This document shows, piece after piece, positions 36,736-46,257 of a stretch of DNA of 64,000 nucleotides; the first letter of the stretch is position 1, and every line of letters starts with the position of its first letter. The translations under genes and the position numbers were made by a program. Below the pieces are notes generated by a model. The model was given only the letters and a program-made list of their open reading frames with translations, made no database searches and had not been told where the DNA came from. The stretch comes from Nitrososphaerota archaeon. GTDB lineage: Archaea > Thermoproteota > Nitrososphaeria > PSMU01. The stretch lies in the NCBI GenBank assembly GCA_040290255.1, contig PSMU01000001.1:192001-256000 (forward strand), in the 5' to 3' direction.

Positions 36736-37752
36736 ATGGCCCTTATGCTTCTGGGCATCGAGTCGACCGCCCACACCTTTGGCGTGAGCGTCGTGGAGGC
36801 CGAGGGCAATGAGGGCCGCATCCTGAGCGACGTCAAGGAGGTCTACAAGGCCAAGCCCGGCTCGGGCATAGAGCCGGGGGAGGCGGCGCAGCACCATGCG
36901 GCCGTGGCCCCGGGGCTGCTCGCGCGGGCCCTTAGGGCGGCGGGGACCTCGGTGAAGGATCTTGCCGCCGTGGCCTACTCGGCCGGCCCCGGCCTGGGCC
37001 CCTGCCTAAGGGTGGGCGCCACCGTGGCCAGGGCGCTGGGACTCTACTATCGTAAGCCGCTGGTGCCCGTGCACCACGCAATAGGGCACATCGAGCTGGG
37101 CTGCCTGCTCACGGGCGCGCGTAACCCCATCGTGCTGCTCGTGACCGGAGGGCACACGGCGATCCTGCTCTTCTCGTCCGGCAGGTGGAGGATCTTCGGC
37201 CAGACGCTCGACATAACGGTGGGCAAGCTCTTCGACCAGTTCGGCAGGGAGGTGGGCCTGAGCAGGCCGGAGCTCGCGGGCTTTGGGGGGCCCTCCATCG
37301 AGGCCCAGGCCGGGCGCTCCTCCGCGTACCATGAGCTGCCGTACAGCGTGAAGGGTAACGACGTGTCTTTTTCCGGCCTGCTCACGGAGGCCCTGAGGCT
37401 CTGGAGGGGCGGCGTGCCGCTGGAGGAGGTCTGCTTCTCCCTTCAGGAGACGGCCTTTGCGATGCTGGCCGAGGTGGTCGAGAGGGCGCTGGCCTTCACG
37501 GGGCTCAGGGAGCTGCTGCTCGTGGGCGGCGTGGCCGCGAACGAAAGGCTGAGGGCCATGATGCAGGGGGTGGCGAGGCGCTATTCGGCCTCCTGCTATG
37601 CGATCCCAGCGCAGTATGCGGGGGACTGCGGGGCCCAGATCGCCTGGGCGGGGGCCCTGGCGCTGGCCTCGGGCATGAAGGTGAAGCCCGAAGAGGCCTT
37701 CGTCCGGCAGGCCTGGAGGATCGACAGGGTGGCGGTCCCATGGAGAGGCTGA
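36736..37752 (+). CDS. kae1: KEOPS t6A threonylcarbamoyltransferase Kae1
   Basis: LGIESTAHT, SAGPGLGPCL, VHHAIGHIE, GGHT, QETAFAML, GGVAAN and DCGAQIA motifs. Confidence 0.95.
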   Translation: MALMLLGIESTAHTFGVSVVEAEGNEGRILSDVKEVYKAKPGSGIEPGEAAQHHAAVAPGLLARALRAAGTSVKDLAAVAYSAGPGLGPCLRVGATVARALGLYYRKPLVPVHHAIGHIELGCLLTGARNPIVLLVTGGHTAILLFSSGRWRIFGQTLDITVGKLFDQFGREVGLSRPELAGFGGPSIEAQAGRSSAYHELPYSVKGNDVSFSGLLTEALRLWRGGVPLEEVCFSLQETAFAMLAEVVERALAFTGLRELLLVGGVAANERLRAMMQGVARRYSASCYAIPAQYAGDCGAQIAWAGALALASGMKVKPEEAFVRQAWRIDRVAVPWRG

Positions 37753-38372
37753 TGGCCAGGGGGGCGGAGGCGGACCTCTTCTTGGGCCGCTGGCTGGGCC
37801 ACGAGGCGGTGGTGAAGGTGCGGCCGCCGAGGGGCTATAGGCATGAGCGGCTCGATGTGGCGCTACGTGCCAGGAGGACGCTGAGGGAGGCCGAGCTGCT
37901 GGTGGCGGCGAAGCTCGCAGGGGTGCCCACGCCGCAGCTCTTCTTCGTTGACGCGAAGGGCATGAAGCTGGTGATGGGCAGGGTGAAGGGGAGGCGCCTG
38001 AAGGAGCTGTTGGAGAGGAGCCCCTCCAGGGCCCTTCCGCTCTTCCAGCAGCTGGGCCGCCATGTGGCCCTTCTGCACAGGAGCGGCATAATGCACGGCG
38101 ACCTGACCACGAGCAACGTCTTCGTGAGCGATGACGGCGTGCTCGTGCTCATCGACTTCGGCCTCTCCTACCGCTCACAGAGGGAGGAGGATATGGCCGT
38201 GGACATACACCTCTTAAAATCCGTGCTGGAGGGGGCCCACACGAGGAGCGCGCGGAGGGCCTTCTCGCTCTTCATGAAGGGCTATGCCGAGCTGCTGGGC
38301 GATGCGGCGCCGCGCATCCTAAAGCGCGTCTCCGAGATCGAGAGGAGGGGAAGGTATGCGAGGGAGGGATAG
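37740..38372 (+). CDS. bud32: KEOPS kinase Bud32
   Basis: GAEA, K.R....YRH..LD, HGDLTTSN, IDFGL and ERRGRY motifs. Confidence 0.95.
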   Translation: MERLMARGAEADLFLGRWLGHEAVVKVRPPRGYRHERLDVALRARRTLREAELLVAAKLAGVPTPQLFFVDAKGMKLVMGRVKGRRLKELLERSPSRALPLFQQLGRHVALLHRSGIMHGDLTTSNVFVSDDGVLVLIDFGLSYRSQREEDMAVDIHLLKSVLEGAHTRSARRAFSLFMKGYAELLGDAAPRILKRVSEIERRGRYAREG

Positions 38373-38940
38373 CGCCGGCCGCGCCGTGCTCTATCTATCG
38401 CGCAACGCCCACAAGTATGAGGAGGCCAGGGCGCTGCTGGGGCAGGCCGTGAAGCTCGCCTTCAGGCCGATGTCCTTCGTGGAGCCCCAGCTGCTCAGCG
38501 TGAGGGCGGTGGCGCTTCACAAGGCCAGGCAGGCCGCGGTCCGCATTAAGGGCCCCTTTTTGGTGGAGGACTCGGGCCTGTATGTAGCGGCGCTGCGCGG
38601 CTTTCCGGGCGCGCTCTCATCGCCCGTCTTCTCGCTGCTGGGCAACGAGGGGCTGCTGAGGCTGCTGAAGGGGGAGCGCGACAGGAGGGCCGTCTTCAGG
38701 GCCTGTGTGGTCTATGGCGAGGGGGGCAGGCCCGTGAGGCTCTTCTGCGGCAGCGTTACGGGCAAGATCGCCCAGGAGCCCCGGGGCTCGGGCGGCTTCG
38801 GCTTCGACCCCATCTTCGTGCCCAGGGGAAGCGCGAGCACCTTCGCGGAGATGCCTTTGGAGCTGAAGAACAGGCTCTCGCACCGCGCGAGGGCCCTGCG
38901 CCGCTTCGCGGCCTGGTTCGGGGCTAGGGAAAGTTTATGA
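38356..38940 (+). CDS. rdgB: Non-canonical purine NTP pyrophosphatase (Ham1/RdgB)
   Basis: N.HKY.E, VEDSGL, GFPG, GFGFDPIF and KNRLSHR motifs. Confidence 0.93.
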   Translation: MRGRDSAGRAVLYLSRNAHKYEEARALLGQAVKLAFRPMSFVEPQLLSVRAVALHKARQAAVRIKGPFLVEDSGLYVAALRGFPGALSSPVFSLLGNEGLLRLLKGERDRRAVFRACVVYGEGGRPVRLFCGSVTGKIAQEPRGSGGFGFDPIFVPRGSASTFAEMPLELKNRLSHRARALRRFAAWFGARESL

Positions 38941-38964
38941 ACTGAGCACACCCCCGTCGCCCAG

Positions 38965-39414
38965 ATGGCGCGAACTCACGCTCATAGGAGGGGGCAGTCC
39001 CACTCGAAGCGCCCGCCTTATCCAAAGGAACCCAGCTGGCTCACCTATAGCAAGGAGGAGGTGGTGGGCCTGATCCTCAAGCTGGCAAAGCAGGGCCTGG
39101 GCCCCAGCGAGATAGGGCGCAGGCTGCGCGATGAACACGGCATCCCGCTGGTCAAGCCCATCGTGGGCAAGACCGTGACCGAGGTGCTCAAAGAGGAGGG
39201 ACTCGCGCCGCCGCTCCCGGAGGACCTGAGCAGCCTGATGCAGAAGGCCAACAGGATTCAGGAGCACCTGAGCAGGCATAGGGGGGACAGGAGGAGCGTG
39301 CACAACCTGGAGCTCGTGGAGGCCAGGATTCATCGCCTTGCCAAGTACTATAAGAGGGAGGGCATCCTGCCTCAGGACTGGAAGTTCAAGCCCACGATAG
39401 CCCAGCTGGAGTAA
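38965..39414 (+). CDS. rps15: 30S ribosomal protein S15 (uS15/S13e)
   Basis: MARTHAHRRGQSHS, SEIG..LRD.HGIP, PEDL and IHRLAKYYK motifs. Confidence 0.96.
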   Translation: MARTHAHRRGQSHSKRPPYPKEPSWLTYSKEEVVGLILKLAKQGLGPSEIGRRLRDEHGIPLVKPIVGKTVTEVLKEEGLAPPLPEDLSSLMQKANRIQEHLSRHRGDRRSVHNLELVEARIHRLAKYYKREGILPQDWKFKPTIAQLE

Positions 39415-39415
39415 G

Positions 39416-40849
39416 ATGGGCGATCCCAAGGCCCTGGCCGAGGCCGCCGAGGAGGCCGCGGAGCTCCTCCTACGCCAGGTGAGGAGGGGCAGGCGGCTCA
39501 TCATAGTCGGCCACCTCGATGCCGATGGGCTCACCAGCAGCAGCCTGCTCGCGAAGGCCATCTACGGCGAGGGGGGCCACTTTCACCTGACCATCGTCAG
39601 CGACCTCACGCCCCAGCTCGTGCGCACGCTGGCGAAGGATGAGAGGGGCTTCTACGTCTTCGTGGACCTGGGCGCGGGCCTGGCCAAGGACCTGCAGGAG
39701 AACTTCGGGGATAGGTGGCTGGTCATAGACCATCACGAGCCCCCCGAGGAGGAGCGCGCGCTGCCCTCCGTCTTCAACTGCTGGAAGTACGGCTATGATG
39801 GCGGGGAGGAGGCCTGCTCGGCCACGATGGCGTACTTGGTGGCCAAGGCCCTGAGGGCCAGGAACCAGGGCGAGGCATGGCTGCCTGTGCTGGGCGCGCT
39901 GGCGGACAGGCAGGATAGGGGCGAGGGGGGCTCGCTGATATCGCTGAACAGGGCCGCGCTGGAGGAGGCGCAGCAGTACAGGCCCGACGGCGCCACGCCC
40001 CTTCTTCACATGTCGAGGGACCTCCTGCTGCCCGGCAGGGAGACGAGGCCGGTGCATGAAGCGCTGGCCGCGCTCACGCTTCCCTACCTGCCCAACCTCT
40101 CGGGCAACAGGGATGCCTGCTACTCGGCCCTAAAGGCGGCGGGCCTGAGGCTGAAGGAGGGCGAGAGGTGGCGCGTGCTGGCCGAGCTGACCGAGGACGA
40201 GAAGAAGCTGCTGCTGGATACTATATTGGCCCACGTGCAGGTGGAGGGGAGCAAGGACTGGCTCCTGCAGGAGCTGGTGGGCGAGGTCTACACGCTGCTG
40301 TACGAGGATAGGTTCACGCCCCTAAGGGATGCGAGGGAGTTCTCCACGCTGCTGAACGCCTGCGGCAGGACGAGGCGCCACTCGCTGGGCGTGGCGCTCT
40401 GCATGGGCGACAGGGGGCCCGCCATGAACGAGGCCGTGAGGGCGCTGCGCGAGTACAGGCAGACGATCACGGGGACCGTGGCCCAGCTCACATCGCTTCC
40501 CGAGAAGGTCATCGAGAGGGGCCCCCTCGCGCAGGTCATAGGCGATGGCATCGTAACGGAGGAGATGACGGGCGTGATCGCCTCCGTGCTCAGCTCGCTG
40601 CCCCGCTTCGCCAGGAGCTTCCTGTTGCTCAGGAGCGCCACGGTGGACGGCGACATAAAGCTCTCGATAAGGGCGCCCTACCTCTCGCCGACCCGCGTGA
40701 ACCTGGGCCAGGTGATGAGGGAGGCGGCGCAGAAGGTGGGCGGCATAGGCGGGGGCCATGCGAGGGCCGCGGGGGCCCGCATCCCCTTCTTCGCCTATGA
40801 CAAGTTCGCGCGCGAGGTGGCCTCATGGCTGGAGGGCCATGCGCCATAG
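39416..40849 (+). CDS. DHH-family RecJ/Cdc45-like nuclease (GAN-like)
   Basis: HLDADG, DLG, IDHH, DAREFSTLLNACGR and GGGHARAAGA motifs, in the conserved position after rps15. Confidence 0.9.
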   Translation: MGDPKALAEAAEEAAELLLRQVRRGRRLIIVGHLDADGLTSSSLLAKAIYGEGGHFHLTIVSDLTPQLVRTLAKDERGFYVFVDLGAGLAKDLQENFGDRWLVIDHHEPPEEERALPSVFNCWKYGYDGGEEACSATMAYLVAKALRARNQGEAWLPVLGALADRQDRGEGGSLISLNRAALEEAQQYRPDGATPLLHMSRDLLLPGRETRPVHEALAALTLPYLPNLSGNRDACYSALKAAGLRLKEGERWRVLAELTEDEKKLLLDTILAHVQVEGSKDWLLQELVGEVYTLLYEDRFTPLRDAREFSTLLNACGRTRRHSLGVALCMGDRGPAMNEAVRALREYRQTITGTVAQLTSLPEKVIERGPLAQVIGDGIVTEEMTGVIASVLSSLPRFARSFLLLRSATVDGDIKLSIRAPYLSPTRVNLGQVMREAAQKVGGIGGGHARAAGARIPFFAYDKFAREVASWLEGHAP

Positions 40850-41096
40850 GGCCAGGCTCGAGGTCCTCCTGGGCGCCAGGGAGGCCCGCGCGGTGGTGGG
40901 CGCACTCAGGCCCTCGAATGTCCGCCTCCCGGAGGGCATGAGGATAGCGATGGGCGCGCGGAGGGGGCGGCTCGAGGTGCGCATAGGCATGAGGGATGGG
41001 CTCTTCACGCTTCTTTCCACGCTGAACGAGCTGCTGGCGGAGGCCGAAGCGGCCTGGCGGGCGCTGCTCGTGGCCAAGGAGGCCAAGCTTAAGTAA
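40839..41096 (+). CDS. KEOPS subunit Pcc1-like protein
   Basis: ALRPSNV..P and L.STLNELL motifs, in the conserved position between the DHH gene and rps3ae. Confidence 0.7.
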   Translation: MRHRARLEVLLGAREARAVVGALRPSNVRLPEGMRIAMGARRGRLEVRIGMRDGLFTLLSTLNELLAEAEAAWRALLVAKEAKLK

Positions 41097-41123
41097 AGGC
41101 GCCAGGTCGGGAGCGCGGTCGCT

Positions 41124-41774
41124 ATGGCCGCCTCACAGGCTAAGCGCATGAGGGAGAAGTGGAGGGAGAAGGTCTGGCTGTGGGTCAAGGCCCCTCCGGC
41201 CTTCGGCGAGAAGCCCATCGCCTACATCCCGGTCACGAGCGTGGAGCGCGCCGTGGGCCGCGTGATAGAGACCACGCTCTTCGACATCACGCAGGAGGAC
41301 CCCCAGCACTACCAGCTGAAGCTCTACTTTCAGGTCACGAAGGTGGAGGACCACGTGGCCAGCACCATCTTCAAGGGCTACGAGTACGCGCGCGAGTACC
41401 TCAGGAGCCTGGTCAAGCGAGGATCGTCGCTGGTGGACTTTATCCGCGACTATACCACGAGGGATGGCTACAGGGTACGGCTCTACTTCACGGCCTTCAC
41501 GGAGCGGAGGGTCAACTCCTCTAAGAAGCGCGCCATCAGGAGGGCGGCCCACGGGGTGCTGAGCGAGCGCGTGCCCAACATGAGCTATGATCAGCTCGCC
41601 CAGGAGGTCGTGCTGGGCAAGCTCGCCTCGGACATCCTGAAGGAGGCTAAGAAGTTCGCGGCGCTGAGGCATGTGGGCATAAGGAAGTGTAAGCTGGTGG
41701 AGGCCCCCCAGCCCGCGCCCATGGGCGAGGAGGTGCGCGCGGAGGCGCCGGCGGCTGAGGGCGCAAGCCCTTAA
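41124..41774 (+). CDS. rps3ae: 30S ribosomal protein S3ae (eS1)
   Basis: KWREK.W...APPAFG, GRVIETTL.D, YLRSLVKRGSS and IRK motifs. Confidence 0.96.
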   Translation: MAASQAKRMREKWREKVWLWVKAPPAFGEKPIAYIPVTSVERAVGRVIETTLFDITQEDPQHYQLKLYFQVTKVEDHVASTIFKGYEYAREYLRSLVKRGSSLVDFIRDYTTRDGYRVRLYFTAFTERRVNSSKKRAIRRAAHGVLSERVPNMSYDQLAQEVVLGKLASDILKEAKKFAALRHVGIRKCKLVEAPQPAPMGEEVRAEAPAAEGASP

Positions 41775-41795
41775 ACGCCCGCCGCCAGGAAGCGC

Positions 41796-43064
41796 GTGTC
41801 CCGCGTGGCGGTCGTGGGGGGAGGGCTCGCGGGCGTCGCCGCGGCCCAGGCCCTGCTGCGGGCAGGGGAGGAGGTGGACCTATATGAAAGGGGCGGCCTA
41901 ATAGGGGTTGACTGGTCGCTCCTGCCATATCTGCTGTACAGCGGCCAGGGCGCGCCCGAGGGCCCCTCGCTACAGGTTCCTGCCGCCCAAGAGCTGCCGC
42001 GCCGCCCCGAGGCCAGGCTGCTGCTGGGGCACAGCGTGATGGAGGTAAGGAGGAGCGGCAACGGGTACCTGCTCCGGCACTCCTCGCGCGGCGCCATGGG
42101 GGAGGCCTTCTACGAGAGGGTCATCATCGCCACGGGCGCCCGGCCCAGGCAGAGGGCCGAACAGAGGAGGCACCTGTACCGCGCCGACGTGCCCGAGCAC
42201 GTGGCGGAGTTCGTGAGGGAGAGGGAGGGCTTCGCGAGGGTGGCCGTGCGCGGCGACTCCCCTCCCTCGCTGGCCGCTGCCCTTGGTTTGCGCGAGAGGG
42301 GACTGGATGTGCTCTACATAGGCGCCAGGCCGCTGCTGCGCGGCCATGCCGATGCGGCGCTGGCCCCCCTGCTGGAGGAGGCCTGCAGGGCCGGCGGGCT
42401 CAGGGTGCTCACGCCGCGCCTCAGCTTTAGGGTACTGGGCAAGGGGCGCGTGGAGGCGGTGCAGGTGGATGCCGAGGTGGTGCCCTGCGACTGCGTGCTG
42501 GAGTTCCCCTCTTACTTGCCCGAGACGCAGCCGCTGGAGGGCCTGGACCTCCGGCTGGGCCCCTTCGGCATAACGGTGAGCGAGGCGATGGAGGCGGGCC
42601 CCGGCCTTTGGGCGGCGGGCAGGTGCATCTGCCTGGAGGATGGCACGCGCAGCCTCTACTCACCCTCCTTCAGCTACATCACGGGACACATAGCGGGCCT
42701 CCGCGCGGCCGGCCTGCGCCTTGCCGCCCCCTCCCTCGAGCCCGTGGAGGCCTGGAGGCTGGGCATGCTGGAGCTGGCCTTCGCGGGCTCCAGGCCCAAG
42801 GGACCCCCCCTCGCCAGAAAATTCCTCACGATCAGGCCCTCCCTGGGCGAGGGGGGCGTCCGGGGCGTGGCCCTGCTGAAGGGGGGCCTGGTGAAGAGGG
42901 TTGAGCTGCTGGGCAGGGGGGCCCTCGCCTGGGCGCGCTGGTGCTCCCCGCTCATCTCCAGGGGGATAAGCTATGAGGAGCTGGCCCTCTGCGAATGGGG
43001 ACACGTGCCCTACGAGAGCAGCCTCCCGTTATTATCCGCTTCCCTCAGCCCTGGCCGCCCTTAG
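41796..43064 (+). CDS. Degenerate FAD-dependent pyridine nucleotide-disulfide oxidoreductase (NADH oxidase-like)
   Basis: N-terminal VGGGLAG, IIATGARP and WAAGRC motifs. The redox Cys and the second GxGxxG appear to be absent. Confidence 0.7.
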   Translation: MSRVAVVGGGLAGVAAAQALLRAGEEVDLYERGGLIGVDWSLLPYLLYSGQGAPEGPSLQVPAAQELPRRPEARLLLGHSVMEVRRSGNGYLLRHSSRGAMGEAFYERVIIATGARPRQRAEQRRHLYRADVPEHVAEFVREREGFARVAVRGDSPPSLAAALGLRERGLDVLYIGARPLLRGHADAALAPLLEEACRAGGLRVLTPRLSFRVLGKGRVEAVQVDAEVVPCDCVLEFPSYLPETQPLEGLDLRLGPFGITVSEAMEAGPGLWAAGRCICLEDGTRSLYSPSFSYITGHIAGLRAAGLRLAAPSLEPVEAWRLGMLELAFAGSRPKGPPLARKFLTIRPSLGEGGVRGVALLKGGLVKRVELLGRGALAWARWCSPLISRGISYEELALCEWGHVPYESSLPLLSASLSPGRP

Positions 43065-43590
43065 CTTCGCCCTCGCCCAGCGTGAGCCCGTGCTCGGCCC
43101 TCTCCTCTTCATGCCACTTCCTGAGCTGAAAGTCCTTGCGAAGCGGCGGCAGGTCGTTCCAGTCCTCCGGCAGGAGCAGGCGGCGCAGGTCCGGGTGGCC
43201 CTCGAAGGAGATGCCCAGCATCTCGAACTGCTCCCTCTCATGGTACTCCGCGCCCGGCCAGATCGCCACCAGGCTCGGCGCCCTGGGCTGCGCGCGGTTT
43301 AGCCTCGTGGCCAGCAGCACCACGGCCCTTCTCCACTCATCGCTGGAGACCGTGCCCACGACGTACGTGAGCTCGATCTCGCCGGCCTTTGGGTAGTCGG
43401 TGCCGGTGATCATGTGCAGGTGGTCAAAGCCCAGCTCCTTGAGCAGGGCCGCCGCCTCCTTCAGGTGCTCCTGCTTAACCTCCACCTTGACCCTGTTACG
43501 ATGCGGCGAGCTCACCCTTAGCGCCCGGGCCCCCAGCCTCTCCGCCAGCAGCTGGCCCAGCCGCGCCTCCAGCGCGCCCTGCTGGCTCAT
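43045..43590 (-). CDS. nuoC: Complex I subunit C
   Basis: ITGTDY and W.GA...ERE..EMLGI.FEGHPDLRRLLLPEDW...PLRKDF motifs. Confidence 0.93.
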   Translation of the reverse strand: MSQQGALEARLGQLLAERLGARALRVSSPHRNRVKVEVKQEHLKEAAALLKELGFDHLHMITGTDYPKAGEIELTYVVGTVSSDEWRRAVVLLATRLNRAQPRAPSLVAIWPGAEYHEREQFEMLGISFEGHPDLRRLLLPEDWNDLPPLRKDFQLRKWHEEERAEHGLTLGEGEAKGGQG

Positions 43591-44102
43591 CCCTCCCTTT
43601 CGTGCACCATCGAGCCCTGCCGCAGCTCCGGCTGCACGTAGGGGCTTGAGGGGGCCTTAGGGGGCACGGCCAGCTCATAGGGCGTGTAGTAGAGATGGCC
43701 CCTATCGAACTCCGAGAGCTCCTGGTCGGGCGTCATCTCGAGCGCGTAGAAGGGGCAGGCGTCGACGCAGAAGCCGCAGAAGACGCACCGCCCATAATCC
43801 ACGGCCGGGTAGATGCCCTTCTTGTTCTGGGGCCTCCTCTCCTCGGGCAGGGGCACCATCTCTATGGCTTGGGCGATGTTCTCGCAGGCTATGTAGCAGA
43901 GCGAGCAGCCCGTGCACTTATCCAAGTAGAGCAGGTGCCTCCCCCTCCATCCGGGAAGGCCCGCGCCCCTCTTGGGGTCAAAGGCGTAGTTCGTGGCCAG
44001 GTTGGTGAGGAAGGCCTCGGGGTAGCGCACGGTCATCCGGGGGCGCACCAGGTGCCTTATCGCGCTGCCCAGCGCCCTCACATGCTTCGCCAGCGCGCTC
44101 AC
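43587..44102 (-). CDS. nuoI: Complex I subunit I (2x[4Fe-4S])
   Basis: TVRYPE, RGRH, CTGCSLCYIAC and CVFCGFCVDACP motifs. Start GTG 44102 overlaps the nuoB stop. Confidence 0.93.
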   Translation of the reverse strand: MSALAKHVRALGSAIRHLVRPRMTVRYPEAFLTNLATNYAFDPKRGAGLPGWRGRHLLYLDKCTGCSLCYIACENIAQAIEMVPLPEERRPQNKKGIYPAVDYGRCVFCGFCVDACPFYALEMTPDQELSEFDRGHLYYTPYELAVPPKAPSSPYVQPELRQGSMVHEREG

Positions 44103-44683
44103 TCCTCCCTCCCCTCGACGTACTGGCCCAGCGCGTTCGAGCGTCTTATCTTCTCCTGAAGCAGCACGATGCCCTCCAGGATCTGCTGCGCGGTGGGCGG
44201 GCAGCCGGGTATGTACACGTCCACGGGTATGATCCTGTCCACGCCCTGCAGGACGTTGTAGCTGTCCACGTAGAGCCCCCCGCTGATGGCGCAGGCTCCT
44301 ATCGCGATGCACCACTTGGGCTCGGGCATCTGGTCCCAGACGAGCTTAAGGCGGGGCGCCATCTTCCTTGTTACCGTGCCCAGCACGACGAGCAGGTCAC
44401 ACTGGCGCAGCGAGCCGAAGGCCTCGAGCACGCCGAACCTCTCCATATCCCAACGGGCCCCGGAGGCGGCCCCCCACTCCACGGAGCAGCAGGCCGTCTC
44501 CAGGTGCACGGGCCAGAGGCTGTAGAGTCGCCCCCAGTTCAGGAGATAGGCCAGCGGGTCCCTTACATTCTTCTCGAGGGCTTCCTGCAGCGCCTTAAAG
44601 ACGAGCTTCGTCTGGCCCGCCAGGGCCACGAGCCCGGCCCCCGCGGCCGCCGCCGGCCTTATCTCCGCTATCTTCACGGGCAC
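44099..44683 (-). CDS. nuoB: Complex I subunit B
   Basis: SLWP...TACCSVE, QMPEPKWCIAIGAC..SGG and PVDVYIPGCPP motifs. Confidence 0.95.
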   Translation of the reverse strand: MPVKIAEIRPAAAAGAGLVALAGQTKLVFKALQEALEKNVRDPLAYLLNWGRLYSLWPVHLETACCSVEWGAASGARWDMERFGVLEAFGSLRQCDLLVVLGTVTRKMAPRLKLVWDQMPEPKWCIAIGACAISGGLYVDSYNVLQGVDRIIPVDVYIPGCPPTAQQILEGIVLLQEKIRRSNALGQYVEGREE

Positions 44684-44767
44684 GATGGGCTTCGGCCGGG
44701 TCGCGGTCTAATAAAGCTTTAGAGGCCGTTAACTCATTTAAGGGGGCAGCGGAGGAGCCTGGCGGAG

Positions 44768-45124
44768 ATGGCGGGGCTCGGCACGTTACTGCTCACGGCG
44801 GGCTTTGTGGCCGCGGCGCTGGCGCCGCTGTACATCATCTACCTGCTCTTCGCGCCCCGGCGGCCCAACCCGGTGAAGAACGAGACCTTTGAATGCGGCC
44901 AGCCGCCCTCGGGCAGCGCGCGGGTGCACCTCTTCATGCAGTACTACCCCTTCCTGCTGATGTACCTAGTGCTGGATGTAACCACGCTCTTCCTCTATGC
45001 CTGGTCGCTCAGCGGTGCGCCCTACAGCCCCTCGAGCCTGCTGCTGATCTACGCCTTCTTGGGCGCGCTGCTGCTCCCGATAGCCTATACGCTTAAGCTC
45101 TCATACAAGAGGGAGCTGTGGTAG
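44768..45124 (+). CDS. nuoA: Complex I subunit A
   Basis: K..TFECG, QYY...MYLVLDV and LYAW motifs, 3 TM segments. Confidence 0.92.
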   Translation: MAGLGTLLLTAGFVAAALAPLYIIYLLFAPRRPNPVKNETFECGQPPSGSARVHLFMQYYPFLLMYLVLDVTTLFLYAWSLSGAPYSPSSLLLIYAFLGALLLPIAYTLKLSYKRELW

Positions 45125-46249
45125 ATGGCCGAGCGGGGGCTCCTGCAGCTGCTGAGGGGGCTGCTGCACCTCATCTTCTGGGCATTGATCTTCCTTCCCA
45201 TCTTCGTGCTTCCCGTCTATTATATGCTCGAGCAGCCGCTGCTGAGGCCCTTCATCTCCTCGCTGATGAGCGAGCTCACGAACCCCGCCAGCTTCGCCTT
45301 CCGGCTGATCGTCTACCCCGGCTTCACCTTCGTGGTGCTCTACGCGACCTTCCTGGTGCTGATAGAGAGGAAGCTGGCGGCTAAGGTGCAGCTGCGCGTG
45401 GGGCCGCAGTACGCGGGCAGGTTCGAGGGCATCCTGCAGAGCTTCGCGGACCTGCTGAAGATGTTGGGCAAGGAGATGATCGTGCCCGCGGGCGCGGACA
45501 AGCCGCTCTTCTTGGCGGCGCCCTTCCTGGCCACGGTGCTGGCCGGCTCGCTGATCGCGCTCGTGCCCGTATCGCCCACCTCGGCCATCGCGAACCTCAG
45601 CTATGGGCTGCTGGCCTTCTTCGCGATCCTTTCGCTCTACCCCATCATCGTCCTGCTCGCGGCGTGGTCGAGCAACAACAAGTTCACGCTCGTGGGCGGC
45701 CTCAGGGCCCTGCACCAGCTCATCGCCTATGAGGTGCCCATGCTCGTCGCCGCGCTCACGCCGGCCCTGCTGGCCCGCTCGATAAACCCCCTCGACATAG
45801 CCGGCGCGCAGGTTATGCGAGGTATCCCCTTCCTCATGCTCGCCCCCCTCTCGGCCTTCGTCTTCTTCTGCTGCATGGTGGCCGAGCTTGAAAGGATCCC
45901 CTTCGATATACCCGAGGCGGACAGCGAGATCGTGGCCGGCTGGCTGACGGAGTACTCCAGCGTGAGCTACCTGCTTCTTTACGGCGCCGCGCCCTACATA
46001 AAGATGTATGCCTTCGCGGGCCTCTTCACGGGGCTCTTCCTAGGAGGCTGGGCGGGCCCCTCCTTCCTGCCGCCCGACCTCTGGTTTCAGCTCAAGGCGT
46101 TCGCGGTCATCCTGCTGGTGCAGCTGCTGAGGGCCGTGTACCCCCGCTATAGGATGGATCAGCTGCTCGCCCTGGGCTGGGGGAGGCTCTTTGTGCTGGC
46201 CCTGGTGAACCTGGTGCCCGCGCCCTTTATAGCAGCGTACTTGGCCTAG
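45125..46249 (+). CDS. nuoH: Complex I subunit H
   Basis: ERKLAAKVQLRVGP, ADLLKM..KE, GGLRA...IAYEVP and ERIPFDIPEADSEIVAG..TEYS motifs. Confidence 0.95.
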   Translation: MAERGLLQLLRGLLHLIFWALIFLPIFVLPVYYMLEQPLLRPFISSLMSELTNPASFAFRLIVYPGFTFVVLYATFLVLIERKLAAKVQLRVGPQYAGRFEGILQSFADLLKMLGKEMIVPAGADKPLFLAAPFLATVLAGSLIALVPVSPTSAIANLSYGLLAFFAILSLYPIIVLLAAWSSNNKFTLVGGLRALHQLIAYEVPMLVAALTPALLARSINPLDIAGAQVMRGIPFLMLAPLSAFVFFCCMVAELERIPFDIPEADSEIVAGWLTEYSSVSYLLLYGAAPYIKMYAFAGLFTGLFLGGWAGPSFLPPDLWFQLKAFAVILLVQLLRAVYPRYRMDQLLALGWGRLFVLALVNLVPAPFIAAYLA

Positions 46250-46257
46250 GGCGCGGC

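Noticed and set aside
43045-44683. nuoB/I/C as a group 4 [NiFe]-hydrogenase module
   Set aside because: NuoB has the tandem CC motif of complex I, nuoA is present, and no hydrogenase large subunit or maturation genes are in the window.
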